Shown: positions 54,300-64,000 of the stretch, one piece after another | Layout of the letters: the number at the start of each line of letters is the position of its first letter | Numbering within the stretch: position 1 is the stretch's first letter | From: Callorhinchus milii | Lineage: Eukaryota | NCBI RefSeq assembly: GCF_018977255.1 | Contig: NW_024704742.1 | Location: 39,992,001 to 40,056,000, forward strand | Direction of reading: 5' to 3' | DNA length: 64,000 nucleotides | The notes under the pieces: model-generated | Seen by the model: the letters and a program-made list of their open reading frames with translations, nothing else | The model's database searches: none | Told to the model about the DNA's origin: nothing | Made by a program: the position numbers and the translations under genes

Positions 54300-54865
54300 T
54301 CTATCTGGTTCAATTGGTAGCACTCATCACCAAGTGAGAAGGATGTGGTTCAAGCCCAATATCAGGACTTGGACCTCCAATACAATGCTGGGGGAGCATT
54401 GGATGGAAGTACCATTCTTCGGATGAGACATTAACCTAAGTTCCTGTCTGCTTGTTCAGGTGAACGTTAAAGATCCCAGCACTAGTCAAAAAGACAAGGG
54501 AGATTCTCCTGATGTCCCCAGAAAAAATAGGCATACACGCCATTGCTGTTTGTGGGGCATTCCTGTGCATACATTAGTTGCTACATTCACCTACAAAATA
54601 CATAATCGTTACACTTTACAATAAATACTGTGAAAAGCATTGAAAAATCCTGGCATGAAAGGTCCTATAGCAATTTCAAGGACTATATTATGATTATCAT
54701 CATCATCTCTTGTTCACTCTATCACTATCTACACAGGGTAAATGTCACTAAGTGAGAAGGAGGATGTGGTTCAAGCCCGATGTCAGGACTTAGATCTCCA
54801 ATACAATGCTGGAGAAGCATTGGATGGAGGCACCATTTTTCAGATGAGACATTAACCTGAGTTCC
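54300..54865 (+). mobile_element. Old DeuSINE (54300-54700) plus local duplicate of its 5' part (54745-54865)
   Basis: AAGTGAGAAGGATGTGGTTCAAGCCC...CTCCAATACAATGCTGG...GATGAGACATTAACCT.AGTTCC present twice. Confidence 0.8.
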
Positions 54866-55404
54866 AATCAGACTTTAATCCGGAATTAGGAACCAAAAAC
54901 AAAAAATTTCCCTGCGCCCACACGGGTGTAGACTCCCGCTGGCCGACTCTCCTATCGCACACCCACTTGCTGACGTTCCGTGGCCAGAGATCTAGGCTTT
55001 AACTCAGTTTGAATCTCATAAGCAGAAGATAGCTTATTCACTATCTATTGCTCATGGGATTCAAACAATTACAATGCTAATTCCCCTGATGTGAAAATAT
55101 CTACATAGATGCATTTTGTTATTGTAATAGTGGTATCTGCATTTCATGGCATTTTTCGGCACTGAAAGAGCCAACGCCGAAAAAAGCTGGTAAGGTAGCA
55201 GCAATGTAATTACACTTAGCCAGAATTCCAGTTTGCCAAACTTGCTGCATATCTCCCGTTCTCTCGGCACAACCATTGGTAGCCAAGCCTTCAATTCCTT
55301 GAAGTCCCACCTCAAATCCTACTTTTATGAACAAGCCTGGGGACATCTCCCCCTTTCCTCTTGGTCTGTTTTCATTTAAAGCACTCTGAGTTGTTACCCT
55401 ATAT

Positions 55405-55820
55405 AAGTTATGCACATATATAAATACACACATATATACCATACGTGTAGATTATTTCGAGATATTTGTAGAATATTTTTATATATATATATGTTTCTCT
55501 CCAACAGATGTAAATATATAGCAGTACATCTGTGTGTGGATACATGTCCTTCTATGTGTATATCTATAATTCTTGCTATGTGTACATATGTCTATATTCT
55601 AAATTTTTCTCTGTACATCTCTCTCTGTGCATCTCTCTGTGTATATATATCTTCCGCTGTACATTTCTCTATATGTGTATATCTTCCTCTGTACATCGCT
55701 CTGTATCTCTCTATGTGTATAATCTTTCTCTGTATATTTCTCTATATGTGTATATCTCTCTCTCTGCATATTTCCCTATGTATATATATATATATATATT
55801 GTGTCTCTCTCTCTCTCTCT
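55405..55820. repeat. Low-complexity (TA)n/(TC)n/(TG)n compound microsatellite with a degenerate ~20-bp unit at the 5' end of intron 1
   Basis: Repeated ctctctgtgtatatatat-like units, ending ~15 bp from the exon 1 donor. Confidence 0.85.
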
Positions 55821-55836
55821 CACTGCTGGTCTGTAC

Positions 55837-55911
55837 CTTGCCCGAGGCGCCGTCCCCTAAAATGACCACTTTGAGCTGCCGGTCCTGCGCCTCCTCCTCC
55901 GAGTCCGACAT
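55837..55911 (-). CDS. RAB28: RAB28 coding exon 1 ([25 protein letters not shown]), 75 nt
   Basis: Matches the vertebrate Rab28 N-terminus and P-loop GDGASGK(T); donor AAG|GTACAG; lies inside a CpG island. Confidence 0.97.
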
Positions 55912-55932
55912 CGGTGTGTGTCTCGGTCTCTC

Positions 55933-55953
55933 TCACTGGCTGCCGGGCGCCAT
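55933..55953 (-). other. uORF MAPGSQ* in the RAB28 5' UTR
   Basis: ctcACGATGGCG (A at -3, G at +4); TGA ends 21 nt before the main ATG; same frame as RAB28. Confidence 0.6.
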
Positions 55954-56302
55954 CGTGAGCCGCCACAGTGGTGGGGTGTGTGGTGGGGGTGATGATGGCC
56001 GGGCCTGACCCGGGGAGGGGAGAGGGGGGAGAGAGAGAGAGGGAGGGAGCGCGGGGACACACAAACCCCGAGGGAGCAGACGGGCGACCACCAAACCCTC
56101 CGACCCCGCGGGCGGGCGGGCGGCAGTGAGAGCAGCGGCAGCGCTCGGCTCGGCCCGACGGCCCTGCGGGTCGGCTCTGGGCTTTCGCCGCTGTTGGCGG
56201 ACCGTAACCGTGTGTTTACACACCGACACGCGCCTCCCTCCCTCCCTCCTCGGCCGCCTCGGCGTCTGCCAAACCTGACGCAGCTGCGCTATCCGTCGCT
56301 AA

Positions 56303-56335
56303 GGAAGTGACGTGATCCAGGGGAGGAAGTGACGT
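56303..56335 (+). promoter_or_regulatory. Two tandem ETS-CRE composite motifs GGAAGTGACGT (56303-56313, 56325-56335)
   Basis: Exact 11-mer repeated 22 bp apart in the CpG island, ~400 bp upstream of the AUG. Confidence 0.65.
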
Positions 56336-56724
56336 TAGAGAGCGCGAGATGCACTCTGCCCTCCCCACACACACTGTAATGTAGTGCAGTGCAGTGTGTG
56401 GTTGTGCTGATGGCCGCCCTGTCCCTCGGGCTGCGTGTGGGTCTGTCTCTGTGCTGCTGTCCGCAGTCACAAGGCGTTCGGGCCGCACAACGTACAGTCG
56501 CTGCACTCCCTACAGCCTGTTCTGTGCAGCGCTTTGAGGCGTCTCGAAGCCGCGATAAGGCGCTGTAACCAAGTGCGGGGATTATTAATAATATTAGTGT
56601 TGCCATTACAAGGTCGATCGCCCCCCCGTGTGTTTTCCTGATTGAGCTTCGCCTGCCCCGGTTTCACTCTCCCCCGGCCGATTCCTTGTCCCTGTCTCCC
56701 GACACCTCCGCCTGCTCCACCCGC

Positions 56725-57080
56725 AAAAAAATGTTTTCTCACCTGACGCCTGGAATCTAACCACGTCCGCCTTATAACATCGCCCTCCTCCGTCGCTCAC
56801 TCGCCCCCATCGTGGCCGAAACTTTCATCCACACTTTGTCACCTCCAGACTCCCACTACTCTGCCTCGCCAGCCTCGCTAAATGTACTCTCCACAAGCTC
56901 CAGATCACCCAGAACTGCGCAACCCACATTGTATACCACAGTAGGCTCTTAAGCCCATCACCTCTATCCTCGCCGAGCTCCCTATCTTCCAGAAGGTCCA
57001 CTTTTAAGTGCTTACCTTCAAATGGTTCTTCTGCCTCAGCTCCTCTCTGCTTTCAAAACCGGTCCATAGACATGTCTCTT
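56725..57080 (+). mobile_element. L2 LINE fragment at the edge of the CpG island
   Basis: AETFIHTLVTSRL, LHKLQITQNCATHIL-like remnants. Confidence 0.7.
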
Positions 57081-57081
57081 A

Positions 57082-57240
57082 ACAATAATAATTGCATTCG
57101 ATATAATAATAATCATCCTTGCATTTGATAAGCTCTTTCCACATCTTCGAGACGTCTCAAAGCACTTCACAGAATGTACTGTAAAGTGAATTGACTGTAT
57201 ATTTGTGGGCGAAACGCAGCAGCCAATTGCGCACAGCAGA
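57082..57240 (-). mobile_element. SINE 3' fragment
   Basis: Tail plus Deu-core end. Confidence 0.82.
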
Positions 57241-57384
57241 TATAACGCCTTATCACTCCTTAGAGATGTCTCAAAGCGCTTAAGTTATCTTCCCTCCCTT
57301 AACCCTCAATCTCTCCCCCACCTCGGCTCCACTTCATTTTACATCTTCGAAAGTGCTTTGAAATTTCTCCACATGAAAGGCATT

Positions 57385-57672
57385 ACAACAACAATAACAA
57401 CTTGGATTTATATAGCACCCTCCACGCCGGACGGCGTCTCAGAGCGCTTCACAGTAACGGATCTCGGGGCCGAGCCAGGGGGAGGGGGAAGAAGGTAACC
57501 AAAGATGCGGTTGAAAAGAAAAGTCTTCAGCAGAGACCTGAAAATAAGAAGAGAGGGTCCGAGGTGAAGGGAGTGAGGAAGGAAATTCCAGAGCCTTGGG
57601 GTATAGGGGCTGAAGGCACGGTCGCCGAGGGTGGAGCAGAGAACACAGGACAAGGAGGAGGCCAGACCCGGA
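57385..57672 (-). mobile_element. Young L2 3' end (same family as 63262-64000)
   Basis: STLGDRAFSPYTPRLWNFLP..FRSLLKTFLFNRIF plus tail. Confidence 0.9.
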
Positions 57673-58044
57673 GGAACATTATATACATGTCAATTGATGT
57701 TGAAAGAATTAAAGGAAAGTTTAGAAGGTTTTTCACCAGAACATTGATTTTTTTTCGTCAGGCAGGTGTCTGATACATGTGAAAATCTATCTTCATACTT
57801 AAGAATATCCAAATCACATAAAATTCCACATACACATGTCAAGCACACATGGACATTTCTACTTGTCTAGAACGGAGTGCACACTTTCTGATATGAAAAT
57901 GGTGAACGTGTGCACATGCAGGATTTTACATCAGTTGAGGTGGTGAAAAATTTTTTCGGTGTAATTATTGATCATTTATTTACTCCATGAAGAGTTAGCA
58001 TCTATAAAACTAATCAAAAAGTTTTGTAAAAGAATGTAGCTGGA

Positions 58045-58460
58045 GGACCTTCAAGCTCCCCACACAGCCTTGCGCCTTCCTACCTCAATGACCCGCTAAC
58101 CTCTCATGAACCTGTCCATTCCCTCCGCTCAGCAGGCTCCGGTCTGCTCCACATCCTCCACTTGGCCCGCCCCACCATCGGCAGTCGGACCGTCAAGCCC
58201 TCCCCCACAGCCTTTGGAACTCCATCCCACATTCCCTTTGCCTCGTTTCCTTCTTTGCCTCCTTCAAGGCAGATCTCAAGACCTCCTCTTCGACGGTGCC
58301 TTCAACCACCCCCCTACCTTCCCTGCTCTCCACCCTCCATTACCCCAATTCCACCCCCACCCCCCCACCCACCACTCGGGTTCAAATCCCTGACTGTCCA
58401 GCACCTTCGGAAGTCCTCCCGACATGAAAGGCCTGTATGAATGTAATTTTGTATTGTATT
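58045..58460 (+). mobile_element. L2 LINE 3' fragment
   Basis: FK..HSLAPSYLND.L..LRSAGSGLLHI..PTIGSR remnant plus tail. Confidence 0.85.
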
Positions 58461-60387
58461 GTAGCTGACGCCAGACACAAGAAAGTATGAAACGTTCATT
58501 GATAAATAGACATAAGATGAAAGCACAAATGTGATTTGGTGGTGACGTTGATGATAAAACAAATTTAGTAAAGTGAAGTAGTAACTTGCTGCAGGAGGGG
58601 AGGAACTATTGTATGCAAATATATCAAATATATCACACTACAACACTACAAAATTACTGCAGTGTTGAGCAGTATATGCAAAATATACTAGCCCACTGTC
58701 TCTGTAAAGTATTTTGAGATCTTCTATGTGAAAGGCTCTATATACATGCAATCTATTGTTGTTAGTGATAAGTATTTCATACATGATCTTCACAACTGGC
58801 AGAGAAAAAAAGTTTTTCCTGCACTAGGTCTGAACTTGATTCAAACCCAGGATCAATGGATGCACAAGTAATTTTCAGGCCCCTTCCACCAGGTCTACTA
58901 GATCAAAATGGATTAAGTGTTAGCTTCCTGTGCTGTCTTAAAAGATCTGTATTGATATGGGTTTTATATTGTTGCTCTTTTCTAAAGTAAGGAGCAACTA
59001 AAATCAATTACACATAAACAAGCAAAGTAAGAAAAATGTGATGGAGCTGGCCAGCTTGTTAAGGTTCTGAACCAAATTGGCTTCCAAGTTTTTTTCCAAA
59101 TAAGAGCCAAGAAAAGTAATTTCTTAATGTCAGATGTCTTGAGTTACTTCAATTTAGCCTCCCACCATCAATTACTCTTGTACATAATGCAGTTGTATTA
59201 CAAATTCAGGGCCAAAATATAAATCTCGTTGGCAGTCTGAATACAACTACTGTGTAAGGTTAATTAATTGCAGACAGATTGATAACAAGCACTACTGTTT
59301 CAAAAATGTGTTCATGAAGATGCAAAATAAACCATATTCATGGGTAACAGTCAATAGCTTGTAGCAATGTCTATATATTGATGTTGTGCAAGTAGCATGT
59401 GAAAAAGTAACATTACATCAAGGAAACTGGTCTGCAAACGTTCTTCTGTGATGACTGACAGAGGAGCATTGAACTAGATCAACAGAAGCAATCTCTGCAT
59501 CATTCTACAAAAGCGAACACAAAGCAAAAATGTTCTCTTCCACTATTGATAAATATCTGGCCTGCAGTTCATTGGCACTGATTCTGTTGAGGGCATGTTA
59601 TTGCTTTGGTCTTCAGTACAAGCTCAGATCCCTTTAAGTAGGATGAAAGAAGTTTGATGAGTTAGCACCATTATTCTCGAATTGGCATAAATAAATGGAC
59701 AATACCAATTGTAAATGAAGCATTTATCATGAAGGGGTTTCTTTGCGATTATAGAAGAAACCTGGTGCCAAAAAGCAAAAGGCTCAAGTGTACAAGTCTG
59801 TACAGATGTGAAAAATGCATCTTGATACTGAACAATAAAAAGGAAGGAAGTGTTCAAATTATAATAACAATCCTTGCATTTGATATAGTGCATTGTTATC
59901 TTGTCAAGATGTCTCACAGCACTTCATGGTATTTTACTGTGAAGTGTAGTATTGTATTTCTATGTGAATGCAGCAACCAGCAATGTCCCACAAACAACCA
60001 TGAAGTGAGTAGCCAATTTAATAAAATAATATTTCTTATATTTGAAAGCATTTGAGATATCCCAAGAACATGATACAGCATTATACCAATACAAGGATTA
60101 TTATTTTATATACATACATATATATTGGTTTTAAAATGTTTTTGAGGAAGTACCTGCAACCATACCTCTTTTCCTTTCCCCAAAGATACATGTGTAGATC
60201 CTGAGACCTTTCTTTAGTAATTAGGAGTTTTCTTTCTAGGTGTTATTAGGCCCTGGGTATACTGCAACAGAGCACATTTGTCACTTCAAAAAAAGGACAG
60301 GCAGTCCTTCATATTATAATGATAATATTCTCATTACAGTGCTACTTGTTCAGCTATGAATGCTGATTGACCACCTCATTGACTCAA

Positions 60388-60767
60388 AAATAATAATAAT
60401 AATCCTTGCATTTGATATAGCGCCTTATTATGTCTTCTAGATGTCTCAAAGTGCTTCACAGAATATACTGTAAAGTGTAATAATTGTATGTTTTGTGGGC
60501 AAAACGCGGTAGCCAATTCTGCACAGCAGTGTCCCGCAAACAGTCATCGATTAAGTGACCAAATTATTATTATTATTATTTTGAAGGTATTATTACGCCC
60601 GGAAATGCGATACTCCAATCGGCCACCAACCGGGTTCCTACTTACTACTAGGTAAACAGAGATGTGTGGAGTAAGGAAACATGCCCAACATTTCGCCCAG
60701 CTGGGAATCGAACCCAGGTCATCTCATTTGCGAGGCAAATGCTCTAACCAGTAAGCTGCAGGACTCC
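60388..60767 (-). mobile_element. Deu-domain SINE, long variant, full length
   Basis: Head, internal block, core and tail. Confidence 0.9.
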
Positions 60768-62190
60768 AAAATGCTTTACTAAATTCAAGCAAAACAGGAC
60801 AGGTATCTTTCTTTCTTTCACTTGACTTTTGCCTACTTTTAAAACTGGCCTCTTAATGCAAACCTCTTATGAACTTGACAACTCTTTATCAGAAATGCTT
60901 TTTTCAACTTAGTACCATTATTAAATATTTAACTTACTACCGCAACTTTATTGCGCTGCTACATATGTGATCACCTTTGTTGATACTCAAGTTTACATAT
61001 TTATTTTCAATGCCACAGACAGTTATGTGGAAAATCTTGTGGTATATAATGCTTACAAGATAAATAAAGGTTTTCTATTTACAAATTAAAATAATGTTTA
61101 AATATTTGAGTTCCATTTTTCCATTGCATTAGGATTGAATTTTGAATGATTTCCAAAACCACCTCTATCCACACTCTTTTGGCTAGGGAATTTTATAAGT
61201 GTTGCTCACTTTTCCAGTAAAAACTCCACAGACAGTCATCCAAGCCCTTATGATGTGTTCCTGGGAATGGAGCTTATTATTCCTACTTCATGAAAGGTAT
61301 TTTCAGGCGTGTTATTTAATCCGAAGTTCAATTTGGAAGCAAAGTATGTTTAAAGAAGGATTCAAGGATATTCTGAAAGAAAGCTGTACGAAATGCATAA
61401 TTTAAAGAAAAAAAGTTAAATACTACATGAAATTCATTTCAGCCAGTAACTGTAAGAACCCCCCCACCACACCCCACCCCCACCCCATGAAATTTGCCAA
61501 ACTTCCTTACAAAGAGTTTGATTTTCCTGAGCTGAATTCATAATGTTTGTTTGAGCTTGACTTTCCTAGCTGAAATAGTCTCTTGAGTTCAAGAAGTGTA
61601 GACGCCTGACTTGTTCCATAAGAACACTTTTCATTTTGAGTTAAGCTGACTCCAACTTTGTAAATAACTTTGCATCCAGTGGATTACTCTGCACTCATTC
61701 TAACTGCTGTTTGTCTCCAATCTCTTGCTGACTCTATTCCTAATGAAGTAACATAGATTATCCCAGTATGTAAACATTTGTACAGTCTGATGATTACTGT
61801 CCAAATGTGCACTTTTCTCCAATTATTGTTTTTTTTATTAACTCCCTGCAAGGAAATTTTTAGTGAACTGTTTAGCATATAATCATCAAAATGCTGTCAT
61901 AAAGTACATTAGTTTAAGTAAAAATGTACAAATTATCCTTAATTCTGGAAGGTGCATAGGAAGTTGAATTTTCCCATGTTCGACATTTTAGAATTTATTT
62001 TTTAAATCCTGAGCAACTATGTGACAGATTGTCAATGTCAATCAGGTGAAATAAGTATTTCACTCCTGTGCATTGCACAAACAAAAGGATGGAATATTTG
62101 CAATGACTGTTGTCAATAGTTTGCATGACTTGCTAAAAATGTTGTAGGGTTCATTCAATGCCTTCCACATCTGAGCCTTTGATTCAAATC

Positions 62191-62595
62191 GGAGTCCTGG
62201 GAGTCCTGTAGCTCAGTTGTTAGAGCACGCGCCTTGCAAGCGGGAGACCTGGGTCTGATTCCCAGCAGGGCGAAACCTTGGGCAAATTTCCTTACTCCAT
62301 ATGCCTAATAATAATCTCTCAAGAAAAAAAAACAACAATAAAAATTGATCACTTTAATCCATGGCTGTTTGTGGGACATTGCTGTGCGCAATTGGCTGCC
62401 GCATTCGCCCACAAATATACAGTCAATTCACTTTACAGTATATTCTGTGAAGCGCTTTGGGATGTCCTCCCGACGTGAAAAGCGCTATATCAAATGCAAG
62501 AATTGTTATTATTATTGTTATTCTGTTAAGCGCTTAAGACGTCTAGAAAATGTGAAAAACTCAATATCAAATGCAAGGATTATTATTATTATTAA
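62191..62595 (+). mobile_element. Young Deu-domain SINE with duplicated 5' tip and two tandem tails
   Basis: GGAGTCCTG-GGAGTCCTGTAGC head; first tail ends ~62520, second tail ~62521-62595. Confidence 0.9.
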
Positions 62596-63261
62596 TAGCC
62601 CAGATAGATGGAGTGAAGGCCTCACCTTCATAAATGGCTACAAAGTCCCAATTCAACTGAGCAGGCACAATCTCAATCTAGGTTCTAACAAATGAAAGGC
62701 TATAGCATTAAGTGACCTCTAAATTAACACTTAATTGATCATTCATTCCATTCCATTAGAGAAGGCACGTTCATATCTGATGCATGAAAGGGATAAATTG
62801 GTATAACATGGAGAGTCTAATTAGGTATGACTAATGGCACTGTTATAATGATATATATATACACTGTAGGAATGATCCATCCGGTATAAACCCTAGGTTT
62901 CTATGAGCAAGCTGACTTAAAGTCATTCTTTTAAACATTGTCACAACAAGAAGTAGGATGAAATTCTGAGAAGCATCAAGGGTGTTAAGGGGGGTGGTGT
63001 GTTAATGGCGGTTGTAAAAGGGAGGGGGACAATGCTAGAAGATTAATGGTTGACTACATCTGCACCTCTAGACCTAACCCTAACTTCACTCCCCATGGAT
63101 AGATAATTCTAGCGTCAAGACCCATATTGGGATTTTGAAGACGACTCTGATACTGTGCTGTACTAGTGAAGTATTGAATTGTCAGAGGTTCCATCTTTCA
63201 GATGAAGCATTAAACTGATTTAGGTGCATTTCCATCAGAGTTTGGTTATGTGCAGATACAG

Positions 63262-64000
63262 TACAACAACAACTTGGATTTACAACAACAACTTGGATTT
63301 ATATAGCGCCCTTCACGCCGGAATGCATCTCAGAGCGCTTCACAATAACGGATCCTGGCGCCGAGCCAGGGGGAGGGGGAGGAAGGTGACCAAAGGCGCA
63401 GTCAAAGAGAAAGGTCTTCAGCAGAGACCTCAAAATAGGAAGAGAGGGAAGGAGACAAAGGAAGTGAGCAAGGCCATTCCAGAGCCTTGGGGCATAGTGG
63501 CTGAAGGCACAGCTGCCAAGGGTGGAGCGGAGGGGTCGGAGGACGAGGGGGAGGCCAGACCCGGAGGAACAAAGGCAACGGGGACTGTTTTGAGGAGAGA
63601 GGAGGTCAGAAAGGTAGGGGGATACAGAGGAGTGCAAGGACTTGAATACAAGGGTGAGGATCTTGAAGTCGATCCTCTCTGGGACAAGGCAGCCAGTGCA
63701 GTCTGGCAAGAACTGGGGTGATCGGAGAGCGGAGTTTGGTGTGGGTGAGAATGCGGGTGGCAGAGTTTTGAATGATCTGGATTTTATGGATGGTAGTGAA
63801 TGGGAGGCCGGTGAGGAGGGCTTTAGAATAGTCCAGCCGGGAGGTGACAAAGGCATGGACTAGGGTTTCAGCGGCTTTCAGAGAGAGGTATTGGCGGAGG
63901 CGGGTGATGCATCGGAGGTGGAAGAAAGCGGTGCTGGTGAGGGACCGGATGTGGGGGAGAAAAGATAATTGGGTGTTGAACCTGACACCTAGGGTGCGTA
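63262..64000 (-). mobile_element. Young L2 LINE 3' portion running off the window (explains ORF 63299-63856)
   Basis: VPERIDFKILTLVFKSLHSSVSPYLSDLL...GSCAFSHYAPRLWNGL...LKTFLFDCAF; duplicated (GTT)n tail. Confidence 0.93.

Larger units (their letters stand above)
55840..56820. promoter_or_regulatory. CpG island / RAB28 promoter and 5' UTR
   Basis: Sharp rise in GC and CpG against an AT-rich, CpG-poor background; covers exon 1; GC boxes (gggcgggcgggcgg near 56110); no obvious TATA box. Confidence 0.88.

Noticed and set aside
55410..56008. 151/158-aa plus-strand ORFs as an antisense gene
   Set aside because: They run through microsatellite and the reverse of exon 1; low-complexity translations
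55820..56800. Several GC-rich ORFs as a divergent head-to-head gene
   Set aside because: Stop-codon scarcity in a CpG island explains them; no recognisable protein or exon chain
63224..63863. Overlapping 165-185 aa ORFs
   Set aside because: Frameshifted L2 ORF2 remnant and its antisense shadow

Overview
Eukaryotic (vertebrate) genomic DNA, AT-rich and dense in retroposons. The repeat content (tRNA-headed Deu-domain SINEs with L2-type tails, L2 and CR1 LINE 3' fragments) points to a cartilaginous fish, probably a chimaera (inference). The window holds coding exons 1-6 of the small ciliary GTPase RAB28 on the minus strand: 55837-55911, 53966-54062, 46668-46756, 39216-39345, 8945-9048 and 2940-3017. 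All introns are GT-AG, and the spliced exons give 573 nt / 191 aa. I did not find the terminal CaaX exon, which probably lies left of the window. The window also holds the RAB28 CpG-island promoter (~55.85-56.8 kb) and ~7 kb of upstream intergenic DNA. Almost all other listed ORFs are spurious or are decayed LINE/SINE pieces. I see no new multi-gene system. The best leads are regulatory or transposon-related: (1) an in-frame, strong-Kozak uORF in front of a weak RAB28 AUG; (2) a tandem ETS-CRE pair with an overlapping X-box-like site; (3) a 5' splice site reconstituted at the exon 2/3 junction; (4) a candidate in-frame cassette exon; (5) a Helitron-like element carrying a CTCF-like tandem array; (6) a MITE-like palindrome and two repeat families I cannot classify; (7) SINE tail variants that match L2 tails. 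Repeat boundaries are approximate (about +/-20 bp); exon boundaries were read base by base.
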